This document shows, piece after piece, positions 1 to 12,710 of a stretch of 64,000 bases of DNA (its first letter is position 1; every line of letters begins with the position of its first letter). Both the position numbers and the translations under genes were made by a program. The DNA comes from Podarcis vaucheri (Eukaryota). The DNA is taken from the NCBI GenBank assembly GCA_965113315.1, contig OZ220367.1; one strand, 5' to 3'. Below the pieces are notes generated by a model that had not been told where the DNA came from, did no database searches, and saw only the letters and a list, made by a program, of their open reading frames with translations.

Positions 1-416
1 ACCATTGGAAGTGAATTGTAGTCAGAGACCAAAGCAAGTCTCATGTATTAAAGATGTGCAGTCATGGGGTATCCTGTGAACTCGCATGAGCCAATGAAGG
101 AAATGAAAGAGAGCTGCACTGGTTTGAGTAAGACCACTTCCCATTTTCCCAGTGATTCCCCAAAGTCTTGGGAAGAGGTCTTGCCTACATCTTCTGTATA
201 TTATTCTTATCTGCACTTTGAATATCAAGACTTCATTTTTTATGTTTCTTGGTAGTTTGGGAGTCTTCCTTCCTTCCTTCCTTCCTTCACTGCAGAAAAA
301 GTTGAATGAGTTCCGAATCCTTTTTTGCCTTTCAGTAATATATGCTACAGCTTGCAATTTTGTGGTGCACTAGCACTTAAAGGAAAAGTTGGTTAGTCAT
401 TTGCAGTAACTTGTCT

Positions 417-1089
417 TTTTTTTTAAAAAAAGATATTTATTAAAGTTTCAACATATTGCAAAAAAAGAAAGAAGAAATAAAGAAAAAAATGAAAATACAA
501 AATAAAAACAATTAAAAAACAGATTAGTCTTTCCATGTCTTATCTTACATTTGCTTGTTTCCCCGACCTCCTCACACCTCCCTTTTTGTATTCCAGTTCA
601 AATTAGTTAGTTCAGCAAATCCTTTCCCTCTTTGATTTTATCTTAATCTCTTATCTTAAAATATAATAACTTTAAATTATCACCTGTTAACAATCCATTT
701 TTGCATATTCCTTTTAGCATTGTTGCTAAAAACCACTTAACTTCAATCCAACATCATTCTAACATTCATTAATTTTGCAGTATTTCTGTAAATAGTCTTT
801 AAATTTCTTCCAATCTTCTTCCACCGACTCTTCTCCCTGGTCTCGGATTCTGCCAGTCATTTCCGCCAGTTCCATATAGTCCATCACCTTCATCTGCCAT
901 TCTTCCAGAGTGGGTAAATCTTGTGTCTTCCAATACTTTGCAATAAGTATTCTTGCTGCTATTGTAGCATACATAAAGAAAGTTCTATCCTTCTTTAGCA
1001 CCAATTGGCCAACCATGCCCAGGAGAAAGGCCTCTGGTTTCTTCAGAAAGGTATATTTAAATACCCTTTTCATTTCATTATAAATCATC
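417..1089 (-). mobile_element. 5'-truncated L1/Tx1-clade LINE, 3' end (ORF2 C-terminus, 3'UTR, A-tail)
   Basis: ORF 759-1088 (FMYATIAARILIAKYWKTQDLPTLEEW) resembles the ORF2 C-terminus of vertebrate L1-clade elements. T-run at about 416-424. 15-bp TSD with one mismatch: tgcagtaacttgtct (402-416) and tgcagtaacttatct (1090-1104). Confidence 0.85.
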
Positions 1090-1584
1090 TGCAGTAACTT
1101 ATCTGCACCGAAAGCCTGGGAAACATGGGTCCATCTTGGGACATGTATTTTATATGTAAGGTATCAATGTAGTTCATACAGAAACTTATAAGTTGACAGG
1201 AGCTGAGGAGGATCCAGCTCAAGATGATGATGGTGGTGGTGATTAATTTATTACAATTTATTTAATTTATTATGAATTAATTTGCTATCTTCTTGCCTTG
1301 TATATGTGTTTGCTTAGGGCTTCATTAGATACTTTTTCCTGCTTGTTGCTATTTTCCATGTTAAACTGCATTTTTCTTCAGAAGCAAGATGTCTGTTGAC
1401 TTAAGTTTGTTTACATTCTTTAAAAGTTCTATTTGTTTATTTTTAGGTTTATCACAGGCACCATCCTCCTCAAAGCTCTCGAAAGGTAGGAAAAAAATAA
1501 AAAGGAAAATATGCTTGTTACCGTGCTCTTTTAAGTGGCTGTTTTTTCTCTGCGTTCACATCTCAGTAGTATAGGTCGTGTTAA

Positions 1585-1682
1585 GTTGTTTAGTCGTTTA
1601 GTCATGCCCGACTCTTCGTGACCCCATGGACCAGAGCACACCAAGCACTCCTGTCGTCCACTGCCTCCCGCAGTTTGGTCAA
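1585..1682 (-). mobile_element. BovB/RTE LINE 3' tail fragment
   Basis: Reverse complement reads ccatggggtcacgaagagtcgggcatgactaaacgactaaacaac, the BovB-type 3' end. Near-identical to 57023-57091. Confidence 0.8.
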
Positions 1683-1919
1683 CACCTGCCAGATGACCAC
1701 AGAGTAAGTTGTGTGTAGAGATGATTGGATGGAGTATCAAAACATGTTAAAGCAACTTTTATATTCTTAAAACATTGGAATGATCATATTCTGCTTCTCT
1801 ATTTGACAACAGTGTAATATGCTCTTTAAGTGTAGAATGGGGAAAAAAATCCCTTCCTTATATAGGACATGATCCAGGCAAAATAAAGCACGACTTGGGC
1901 CACAGATCTCAACTGAATA

Positions 1920-2167
1920 AAGTTGTGGTGTAGTGGTTAAGAGCGGTAGTCTCGTAATCTGGGGAACTGGGTTCGCGTCTCCGCTCCTCCACATGCAGCT
2001 GCTGGGTGACCTTGAGCCAGTCACACTTCTTTGAAGTCTCTAAGCCCCACTCACCTCACAGAGTGTTTGTTGTGGGGGAGGATGGGAAAGGAGAATGTTA
2101 GCCGCTTTGAGACTCCTTAAAGGGAGTGAAAGGCGGGATATCAAATCCAAACTCTTCTTCTTCTTCT
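1920..2167 (+). mobile_element. tRNA-derived SINE (Squam3-like) with (CTT)n tail
   Basis: A box tggtgtagtgg, B-box-like gggttcgcgtctcc, body gctgggtgaccttgagccagtcac, tail (ctt)n. Confidence 0.75.
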
Positions 2168-3185
2168 ATGAGCAACTTTTCCATTGAAATTCAGTGGGAC
2201 TAAAATGTGTTTTTAAAGAACTGTGTCCATTGTGTTGTACTTGTCATTTCCCACAACCCAAGCACATTGCAGTGTTTGTGGGAGGAATAAAAAAAGAACA
2301 AGGTTCAGGCTACTTGTTGGTTGGGGGAAGGGATAGAATGGCCAAGAATACTGGTTTCTAACAAATAAATTTGACTGCCAGGCTGATGTGCCTTATTTGA
2401 GGCCTCCTGGCTAGAGAATATTGCTGAGCCATTACCCTTTGACTCAGTGGTTCAGTAGGGGACTCATCGTCTTATCTCTCCAGACATGCAGAAATTAAAG
2501 ACTGCAAAATAAGATGAGGGACCTTTAACCAGCCAGTCAGCATCTCCAGGGAGGTGGAGTCTACCACACTCCATGTGTGGCTGGCCTGTGTAAGGTGTCA
2601 GTTGGCTTTAGCTCCCTGCAGAGAAAACATTTTCTGTTCCTCACTTAGCAGTGCCCCTTGGGCCTATCTGTTCTCTGCTTTGACAGGACACTCCCTACAT
2701 CCCATGCAAGGCTTGAGCTGCCATGGAACTGGAAGGTCCTTATATTGAATGACTGCCTTCAATTACAGAATTGTTCCCATGGCTTGGGAACCCTTCCAAT
2801 ATTGTTGGCCTGCTACTCCCACCACCCCCAACCATTAGCCATGCTAGGGATTTGGAATCCCAAAAGATCTGGAGCACCACAGGTTCCTCATAACCAATTT
2901 AAAAGAATCGGTCTTAAAAGGTTGCTTCAGAAGAGAAGTGTTGTAGCTGATCGGAAAGAGTCCAACATGTTGACCTTTCATGGGCACTGCATCAAAATGG
3001 CTAATGCCTGAGGATAATATCAGTGATGCTCTGCTGTGTTTCTGCTTGAGATCCCACAAGTGCAGTTGATGCTCATGATGCTTCCATCCGAGAAGAAAGA
3101 AGGATATTTTCATCCATCCTTTCAGTCATCTTGGTCTTTAAACCTGTGGGAATCTTCAGTGTATTGAGTTCTGATTTATTAACAT

Positions 3186-3186
<1 letters not shown>

Positions 3187-3220
<34 letters not shown>
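3187..3220. repeat. (GT)n microsatellite
   Basis: Read directly from the sequence. Confidence 0.95.
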
Positions 3221-3222
<2 letters not shown>

Positions 3223-4311
3223 TAAAAACTGATTGAAAACTATCACCAGGGATCAGTGTCATGCTTTTTAATAATCTTTTGAAATCCTGGCAAGACAAAT
3301 TTCCTTGTTTTGCATTCAACAGCATGCAAATGAGACTTCTATAAGAGATAAAAATCATTATTTTAAAAGAGGTGTTTTTTTAAAAAAGAAGAAGATAAGG
3401 ATTGGTATTGATTTGCATGTTTTGTAGAACTTAGTAAATACGGTAGATAATTAAAATCACAATGGAAGATGTGCACTGGGATGGAAAATGAATAATGTTA
3501 AGGTTGCCAGATTGTCTTTTTCTTCAGACTTTCTCTTCTGCTGCAGATAAACCAATTACAATGATTTAAGAAAAAAGTGATCAACAGGTGGTCTGTGGGC
3601 CAGCTCTGCTCCAATGTAATTTTACCTGGTCCTTAGAGGCATTGCCAAATTTTAATCAAGTTGTAGCAAGACATGATGTGGTTTAGCCATAGCATCAGGG
3701 CTGAATTTAGATGAAGAGAGGCCCTAGGCTACTCCACTTGTGAGGCCCCTCCCCTTCCCCCACCCTCATGACTAGAAGAAAATGGAAGAGTGTTATAAAC
3801 AAAATTGAGTGAAGCCAAGGATGATGACAGGTATTTAAAATTCTGCAATTCTCAATTTCTCCTGTAAAGGACATAAGATGTTATTGTTAAATACCATGGT
3901 GATTTATAAAAATGCATAAAATTAACACAGAAAAACTTTTGCAATAACAATTTTGTAAACCTTTTGTGGTATAAGCATTAATTTTTAGGAAAATGAAGTT
4001 GTAATGTTATTCTTTAAAAAACCACACACCTTGAGTTTACAAATTATATTGCCTGGGAAGTGTAAATAATATGACCATGATTACCTGACAGTGTGGCACT
4101 TTTAGAATCTACATTATGTTGTCATTAAAAAGTCAGTTTTAAAATACATATTAAGAAGTAAACTAGAACCATCAAATACAGCAAGGCTAAAATGTTTCTC
4201 CCCCCCCCCAGCCTGCCTCATAGCAAAATCATCCAAAACTTCATCAAAATTTGTTTGTCTAAGTTTGTCACTTTCAATGTACAGAATGCTCAGTGCGGAC
4301 AACCTTTCTTT

Positions 4312-4380
4312 ACAGATAGGTAGCCGTGTTGGTCTGCCATAGTCAGAATAAAAAATTCCTTCCAGTAGCACCTTAGAGAC
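4312..4380 (-). mobile_element. Short Penelope-like pLTR fragment inside the hAT transposase
   Basis: Shares aaaaaattccttccagtagcacctta(g/a)agac with the hammerhead-bearing fragment at 18282-18383. It splits the MSKE/KERL motif. Confidence 0.6.
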
Positions 4381-4481
4381 ATTTCTTTAGACATTGTGGC
4401 CCTTAATTCATTTTTAATTCTTTTGAGTCTTGAAAAACTCCTCTCTCCTGAGTAGTTAGTGACCATAAGGCTAAGAAATAG

Positions 4482-5429
4482 TGGCTTCCTGTTTCTGGTG
4501 GTGGAAAATGGCGGTCTCCTACACGATCGGACTCCATCCGTTCCGATAATTCAGGGCTGATATGGGGGTAATTAGCCCTGGCAGCCTCCCCAGGGCAGGG
4601 GAGGACTGTCTTGATGACCCACGGTTTGCCCCAGATTGCCGATGTGGCAGATGGCAGGGGCACTGGGTCACGGAGCAAAGGACGGATTGATACTGCTGCG
4701 ATGCCACCCCATAGCCGGACGCATCTTTGGGAAAATATAAAGATTTGAAAAACAAACAGACACGCTCTGAACTGATGAAGTTTGGGAAAAACCTGCAGTA
4801 TGTACAGTCTCTGGTGTAAAAGATTGAACTTCAAAGAGATCCTCATCATGATGTTTGGAATCTGGAGGGGCTTGGTATGTTTTTTCTTCTTCTTCTAACA
4901 TTAACAATTTGTATTGCATGCCAAGCCTCATTAAGAACCTAAATTGCTCTTCAAAAAGTGAGTACAGATGGACTTTTATATATAATTGGGACCTATTCAC
5001 AGCTGCTTTTCTTTTAAGATTTGAAATGCCTGTTAAAGACGAAAACAAAGAACAAAATGGCGTCCACCCACTACACTCATGGAATATCTGAAATAGTCTC
5101 CCTGATTAAGAGAAGCAGGAGCTAACTGTTGGTTGGTCAGAAAGACTGGAAACAATATTATATATATAACTGTTTGCAAAAAAAAAAAAGTTTTTTATTA
5201 TGAGTGAGAGAAAGGGCTAAATGGATGTCTGGCAGCCCCTTTCTAGGGCCCGAAGGGGGGACTGGTTGGATTCCAGAGGCCAATTGATCTGATATATGGC
5301 TACATTGCAAACAGTCTGTTTAAGAATAAATCAACAAAGAGTTTTAGAAGGAGGCTTCTCTCTGTTTCTTTGATAACAGCTGGACGGGAAAGATTAATGA
5401 TTTGGGAGCTGCCAAAATAACAATTCTCA
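4482..5429 (+). mobile_element. ~950-bp insertion with 9-bp TSD, possibly a LINE 5'UTR-derived fragment
   Basis: Flanked by aagaaatag (4473-4481 and 5430-5438). It splits the hAT frame between LQLFL and ALMVT. The start is CpG-rich with an aaaatggcgg (YY1-like) motif. Family identity is inference. Confidence 0.55.
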
Positions 5430-5503
5430 AAGAAATAGCTGCAAGATTGCTTCCACATTAGGAAAGGCCATATGAATTTTGTCCTTGTATATAATTTGAT
5501 AAA

Positions 5504-5868
5504 TCAGGGACGCGGGTGGCGCTGTGGGCTAAAGCCTCAGTGCCTAGGGCTTGCCGATCGAAAGGTCGGCGGTTCGAATCCCCGCGGCGGGGTGCGCTCC
5601 CGCTGCTCGGTCCCAGCGCCTGCCCACCTAGCAGTTCGAAAGCACCCCTGGGGGCAAGTAGATAAATAGGTACCGCTTACCAGCGGGAAGGTAAACGGCG
5701 TTCCGTGTGCGGCTCTGGCTCGCCAGAGCAGCGTTGTCACGCTGGCCACGTGACCCGGAAGTGTCTTCGGACAGCGCTGGCCCCCGGCCAATAGATGTGA
5801 GATGGGCGCACAAACCCCAGAGTCTGTCAAGACTGGCCCGTTCGGGCAGGGGTACCTTTACCTTTACC
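5504..5868 (+). mobile_element. Sauria SINE (full length, young)
   Basis: Head gggacgcgggtggcgctgtgg, B box ggttcgaatccc, tail (acctt)n. TSD tataatttgataaa (5490-5503 and 5869-5882). Confidence 0.92.
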
Positions 5869-7306
5869 TATAATTTGATAAAGGTCTGTATGAGACAGAG
5901 AATGCTCTGCTGTAGGCCTATGGCATTGTGTCACATGCAGGTGAAAGTGCAAAAGTTCATCAATAAGTTTCAGGTCAATATCTTTTGGGTATGCTTCCAT
6001 CAACTGTCCAACACCTTGCTTAATTTCTTGTTTAGATGCTGTCAAATTAGACAGAATGGCAAACAATTGCGCAACATCACTGTACACAGTACTACTACTT
6101 TTTAAATTGGCTTCAAGTGCATCTAATATAGGAATAAAGGATTTTATCCTAAACCTATCTCTTGAAGAAAGCGCATCTAAGGCATCAGGTGCACTTCTGT
6201 CGTTTCTTTGCCGTTCCCTCACTCTTTGTCTCCTTGTTTTGTTCCTTTAGCAAGGTGGCTTTTGCTTGTTTCTCAAACTCATCAAAATCATCCCTAATTT
6301 TCCTTTAAAAATCCAGAAGTGAACTGTACAAACTTGCACAAGAACTCAATAACAGGTCTGATTTATGAAGGGCTTTGCTGACCTTGTGAAAATGACTAGC
6401 ACACGGGTCCAAAAATGCAGCATAAACACAGATTCCAGTTCTTCCATTTTCTGCAAAAGATTGTTAGCTTGGAGCCTGGTTTTCCCCTTCCCATTAATGT
6501 CAGAGTCAGGATGAGGTCCCGTTACCAACCCGCAGCCTGGCCTCCTGCCTTCTACAGGTAGTTCTGAGGATCCCTTCCCACTGCTGCCTTCCCTGATCCC
6601 AAAGGCCTCTCTCTGCCTGTGGGCAATTTGCAGTGCATGCTGCAGCAACCAACAGGCTCTGTTGATGTGTGTGAAAGATAGTGTGAAAGATAGACTTCTC
6701 TGCCTGGGAGGGGTGAGGCCAGTGCCAGTCACATGTGCTTGCCATGCTCTGTTCAAGCCAAGGAGGAGAGAAGGAATGGAAGAGACTTGGGAGAGCTTGC
6801 CTGCCTAGTTTATCTGCCCCAGCTGCCCCCCCCACACTCTCCCATTGATTAAAGTGCAGCATGTACCACTACTGACCTGACCCTTGAGCTGGGGAAGGCT
6901 ATGCAGCTGGTTGTTGACTCTGGGCCTGCTGGCTCTGGATTCTGAGATGGAAAATTCTGGGATGTGAGGATACTCAGCAGCCCAACTCATCAGGGTGAAA
7001 GTCCCTGAAGGTCTTTGCGGTTAGCAGAAGAAGGAAGTTCCAGCCAAATACAGGAGCAAAACAGCGGTCAGTAGACCATAATCTTTATTGTTCCACAACA
7101 GATCTCCACACAGAGTAAGAACCCCGAACATGGGTTACAAGCTCTTTGAAGACCTTCTGTCCCTACCCAGAATACATTTCCAGAACCATCATTGATACAT
7201 CACTGATATATCATTATGATGTCACAAGGAGGGAGGGGAGTCGTGAGGTTACCCAAGTTCATCAACTTGCCCCAGTTATCAGATCAAGTTCCTAACACCT
7301 TAAGTA

Positions 7307-7638
7307 AAAAGTAAAGGTAAAGGGACCCCTGAACATTAGATCCAGTCGTGACTCTGGGGTTTCGGTGCTCATCTCACTTTATTGGCCAAGAGAGCTGGTG
7401 TACAGCTTCTGGGTCATGTGGCCAGCATGACTAAGCCGCTTCTGGCGAACCAGAGCAGTGCACGGAAACGCTGTTTACCTTCCCGCCCGAGCGGTACCTA
7501 TTTATCTACTTGTACTTTGATGTGCTTTCAAACTGCTAGGTGGGCAGGAGCTGGGACCGAGCAACGGGAGCTCACCCCATCACAGGGATTCGCAGGAGCT
7601 GGGACCAAGCAACGGGAGCTCACCCCGTCACAGGGATT
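7307..7638 (-). mobile_element. 5'-truncated Sauria SINE with internal tandem duplication
   Basis: aaggtaaagggacccct tail. TSD caccttaagta (7296-7306 and 7639-7649). A ~48-bp unit is present twice. Confidence 0.88.
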
Positions 7639-8272
7639 CACCTTAAGTACCTGCCACCTAAATAACACTAAAACTATCTATGCATATATTTGCCTTCTGG
7701 CCTTCCTGAGGATGGGCTGTGGGAACACCTGGCCTCAGGAAACCATCAATGGATGTTCATTGTTCCCTCAAGGGAGGGGTGCTCTGTACTTGACTGTATA
7801 TCCCAAGGATTACGGAGGAGGGTGGTGGTATCCAAGTTGAGTACATGACCTCTCGCTTAGAGGATTATGGAGGAAGGTGATGTCCAAGTCTGCCTTTCCT
7901 TTTGAAGCAACATGTCATTGAAATGGAAGAATTGGTTATGGCATTGATTTTATGTGATTTTCAAAGGTTAGTAGTCCACCAGCACGGTCAAGTACAAGGG
8001 GATACAATTTTGACACTTTCTTGCAACAATGCAACACGTTTTGCCAAAAGAAACCAGAAGGGATACAATTTGCAAGCTTTCTCCATTAAAAGTGCAAAGG
8101 CTTATTATCCCGGGGTTTTGAGGGAGGAGAGGTGTTGAGAGGTGACAAAAATGATTTCCAATAAGTGCCCCCCTTTATTTCCATAACAAGTCCTTGAGTC
8201 TGTACGCTGAATAGTGACACCAGGGACCTAGAAGTGGCAGCGCTTGTCAGCCCAGCCCCTGCACAGTCTCAT

Positions 8273-8436
8273 CAGGGCTGGCCTTAAGGCAGTTGGAGCA
8301 ATTGGGCCAAATTGGGCCCCGCAGGCTGCTCCTAAGTGGGCCCCCGCACCAGGGCAATCTAGATGGATTGTATTTATAGCTCCAAAATTCCAAGTTGGCC
8401 CCAGAGCTTCAAATTGGGCCCCACTGGCTAGCCCTG
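8273..8436. mobile_element. hAT MITE nested in the large hAT
   Basis: TIRs cagggctggcc and ggctagccctg. 8-bp TSD agtctcat (8265-8272 and 8437-8444). Confidence 0.85.
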
Positions 8437-11400
8437 AGTCTCATAGTTGCTGGGCCTGAGTTACCCTGTCCCTGCATGAAGTCTTGGGTTTGCAATTTTG
8501 GGAGAGGGGAGACTGCCCTCTGGGGAGCGGGAGGGCTGGCGAGGCCCCCTAGATTTAGAGGCCCTAGGCTTCAGCCTACTTAGTCTATACATAAATCCAG
8601 TCCTGCATAGCATCAAGTTGAAAGGGAAAGAAAAATATTTATAAGCTATTAAAAAGGGATATATTGTATACTTTAATGTCACAGCTCTTTTGATTTTGTA
8701 TTCAGTACTGTATATAAATGTATTTTTATAATAATGCTGTGTTTGAATGCATGGGGGCAACTCTGCATTCAAGGCACTTGACCACTTGTGGGGGTTCAGT
8801 TTGTATGGCAAAATAGACCTTTGGCTTCCTGCAATACTGAATGGAGATCAGCAAATTTAACCATTCCACATTTAGGATTTTTGGGGACTGTATTTTGAAA
8901 CAACAACAACAAAAGCATAATAGCTTATGGCAAGAGTAGCTAACCTGTGGCATTCCAAATAATGTCCCACCATCCTACAACTCCCATCATCCTGAGAGCT
9001 AAAATTCAACAACATATAGAGGGGCACAGGTTCCCCAACCCTGACTTAAAGTAACCTGTAATTTAAGTTCTAGAATACACCGTTCACACAGTTCAAGCCC
9101 AGAGATGCTGGATGCATGGAGGAGGAAGCCCATGTGTGTCTACTGTTCCTGCTCCCGGATTTCACATATTGAACGTCTCTGAATTTGGATTGGGTGACAT
9201 AATAGACAACCATGGTTTGGTGCTATGGGAACAAGCCTGGGCAAGGATCAGACCTAAATGCTCTCTTCCTGTTTCCTTCTCCAAGATCATGGGTTCAAGG
9301 TAGTGATGGGAAGCATCTGCTTGCTGGTTTAACTACAGTTTATTGTCATGTCTGGACTGAAACAACCTGTGGATAGTTTGAGCCCATGGCTTTTTGAAAC
9401 AAGCCAAGATAATAAACCACCAAATTCAAGCAGTTTCATTAATGTTATGCTAAACTATGGATTAGCATTGTGTCCCATACAGTTCAATTAAATATGCTCC
9501 ACAGTGCATATTCAATAGTGAGTGCAATACTCTAGCTGAAATTATGTGCACACTTACTTGGCAATAAGTCCGCATAAATTCAAGTGGATTTGTTTTCCAG
9601 TAAACATGCATAGGACTTGCATTTAACTTGAAGTAGGGCTGATGCTAAAATTGCAGCCTTGCCTTGAACTCCTCCATCTCATCTGCAAATTGTAGTTGTC
9701 TGATTCCTGACAATATTCTGATATGTCTTTCCTCACTTACACCAGCAGCAGTCTTGTGTCCTGACATCACTGGTAAGTTGAACTGCCCATTTGTTGAGGT
9801 GGAGAAAGGAATTTGATACAGGGCTGCCATTTTCATCCTAGTTTGTTCCATGTATTTTTTTTTGTAACCTGCACTTCTCCCCCACAATGAAGGCAATTAG
9901 TAACACTGGAAACTTATTTGTATTTTTCACACCATTCTTTCTAATGGCATCGTGCTTTTATGCTCTTGTTGAATTGTAGGTTTTCTTTCTAATGCCATTT
10001 TTTGTTTTAATTGTGTGTTGTAATTTTTACTGGTCAGCCACCCTGTGGATCTGTGAATGGAGAGATGGGGTAGGAATCCTCTAAACTACTGCAGCCTTGT
10101 TTTCCCTGCATCTGCTTCCACTGTTTATGAAACAGCTGTTTCACAAAACAGCTCCTGAATTCTAAGCATTGTTCCCCACCCCACACACAAATGGCTTCAT
10201 CTATGCAGCAGAAATGATTAATCCTGTTCTGGAAAGGCCATGTCGGCTGGGCTTTTCTCCAGACAACCATTATGTAATCACTTTCTTTTAGCTGTACAAT
10301 TTTCTGTTAGTTGCAAGGGGGGTGAGGGTGTGTGTGAAGTAAATGGTTTTCAGCTCAGGCACTGAGACTTTAATGAAACACTGAGCTGAGGACAAGGAGA
10401 GTTCCCAGTCCCAGGTGAGCCCATTGCAATCAGCACAATCCAGAAGTTGTTCAGCAGAAAATTTTAGAATACCAGACACTTCCAAGATTCTAGTCAATAT
10501 GGCCCTTAGCTATTCAATTGTACAAGGAGTAGGTGTGCCTCTGCTCAAACCTCTCTGCCTGAGCTTGCATAATGGGGAAGTTGATTTATGAAAATATGTG
10601 TCATGCAGTCTAGAATAGTGGTTCCCAACCCTTTCCCCCACAAACTACTTGGAAATTGCTGAGGGTCTAGTTCTAGTTAATCCAGAGCACTTTTGTCTCT
10701 AGTTCTGGCCATTGATGGCTCTGGCGCCCTCCGCCACCAGGATTGTGACCCTTCAGTAGAAAAAGATTGCCCTCCTTTGCACCCTGGAGGAGCAGTCTCT
10801 GCTATTTGAATGTGTTCATGCCGTGGTTTTCTCTCAACACTGACGCACCATTGTGTTGATGAGTGTGCTTGCCTAGGAAGTGGTTTAGCATCTTGCATGA
10901 GGAAAACTGAAAGTCTCTTTCATCCATCAAAGAGGGAAGCCCAACCCTGGAATCTTTGTTAATGCCCCGTGGAATTAAGTTAGGGCCATTTTGGCCTAAA
11001 GGACAGTATGTGGAAAGCTGTCAGTATATAAAAGTTCTTTCCGAGCCGTGCCTGCGTCTTTTCATAGCTGCATGGATTTGGAGGTTAAACTGCCTCGTTC
11101 TGCAGCATCACATCCCTTTGTATGCACTTACAATGAATCAGCAGAATTGTCCCCAAATACTAATTCCAAAGGCTGTTTTGTTTTATCAAGAACTCATTAA
11201 CAAAGGTAAATATTATATCTCCGTTTCAGCTCATCTGTATGTTCACTGAATAAAGTCATTTGCTAAAGTAAACTCTTTTAAACTTTTAAAGTTCCACATT
11301 ACACACTCTGGATTATTCTAAATTGGTCTCCTGGCCATTTTCATTTTCATTCCTGCCCACCTACTGCAATTTATTATAATCTACTCAAGTCATTTCCCCA

Positions 11401-11492
11401 GTGCATGTTGAGCTTTCTCTCCAGATGTCGGCAAATGATCTGTACAGGTTGCATATATTAAAAGTTCCTAGTGATCACAGCTTATTCAAAAC

Positions 11493-11494
<2 letters not shown>

Positions 11495-11534
<40 letters not shown>
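11495..11534. repeat. (GT)n microsatellite
   Basis: Read directly from the sequence. Confidence 0.95.
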
Positions 11535-11536
<2 letters not shown>

Positions 11537-12710
11537 AATAGCCTTCATGGAGCCCAAAATTTTCATGCTGCCAACTGCTGGATTTCACTTCCACTTATTT
11601 TAAACCTGATGGTTTCTATGTTGGAGAAAAGCAATTGCACACTGCCCGGCATCATGCAGTATAAAATGTCAGAATGGAGACTAGAAAGATCTGCAACAAC
11701 CCCCAATATGGTCCAGAAGGCAACACCTTCTGGATTGAGGACTTGGATCCAGCTCAACACAGGCATGCTTACTGAAGAGAGGTTGCAGTCAATCATACAT
11801 TTCACGTCTGGCAAAATTTAAAACAGTAATTCTACAGGTGCAACCCCCCAAACTGTGATATGGGATTGCTCTTTTGCCCTAACTTTGCAGGGCAGGCTTT
11901 AACTATGTAGCCTTGTAAGAGGCATCACTGTTACTGCTAGCATCCATCATTGATATTTGTAGGGTGCCAGTGGACAACTCCCTGTTCTTAGCTGTTATTG
12001 CCAAACATTGCTAGTTCGAGGTGCTTCCTGTGTTGTGGAAGGTGGTCCCCCCCCTCCCCATGGGTTCTTTCTACTTTATTCTTCCTCTGCAGAATCCACA
12101 ACTCTCTCCTAAAATTCTCTTGAGACGCACATCTGCCCTATATGAACTATAAACCCTGAACGAAGCTCTTCCTACAGGGAAGGTGTTACTCCTTTCTCCC
12201 TTCTGACATGCATAGTTTGTGTGGGGAAAATTCTGATGGTTGCCTACTGCTGGTCTCAGTGCTGGAACTAGCATGACAGTACCATTCAGAGAGCCACTGA
12301 AACCTAATAAGGCATGGAGGACAAAAACATGCAATTCTGCTTCTCTGCAATGTTTTCCTACAAGGACTGCTGAATTTCCAAAAATACCAAGAATATAATA
12401 AGCTCTTCTGGATGTGATCAAATGCTTATTTAGTTCAGTATTCAGACTGGTCAAGCATATGCCTACAAGCAAGGCATGATGGTGATAGCGTTCTCTTGTT
12501 CATGTTCCCCACACGCTAAGATCTACTGGTAGTTTTATCCTCAGTGAATTTTTCTAATCCCACTTTAAAGCTGTGCAAGCTGGTGGCTATTACTGAAAAT
12601 TGTGGAAGTGAATCCCGTATGCCTCACTTGATATCACACATTATCCTGCTTCTTGCCACTTTTAAGGGACTCTAGTCCTCTATATCAATATTCACATCCA
12701 TGAACATTTG

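Larger units (their letters stand above)
4200..6510 (-). pseudogene. hAT transposase remnant (C-terminal half, including the dimerization domain)
   Basis: With inserts removed, the minus strand reads LQANNLLQKMEELESVFMLHFW...IKSFIPILDALEANL...YQIIYKDKIHMAFPNVEAILQLFL / ALMVTNYSGERSFSRLKRIKNELRATMSKE / KERLSALSILYIES. ERSFSxLKxIK...RLSAL is the hAT dimerization signature. The frame is broken. Confidence 0.85.
3696..8605 (-). mobile_element. Degenerate hAT DNA transposon with nested insertions
   Basis: 8-bp TSD catagcat (3688-3695 and 8606-8613). TIRs cagggctgaattta and taaatccagtcctg match at 12/14. Minus-strand transposase remnants lie inside. Confidence 0.88.
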
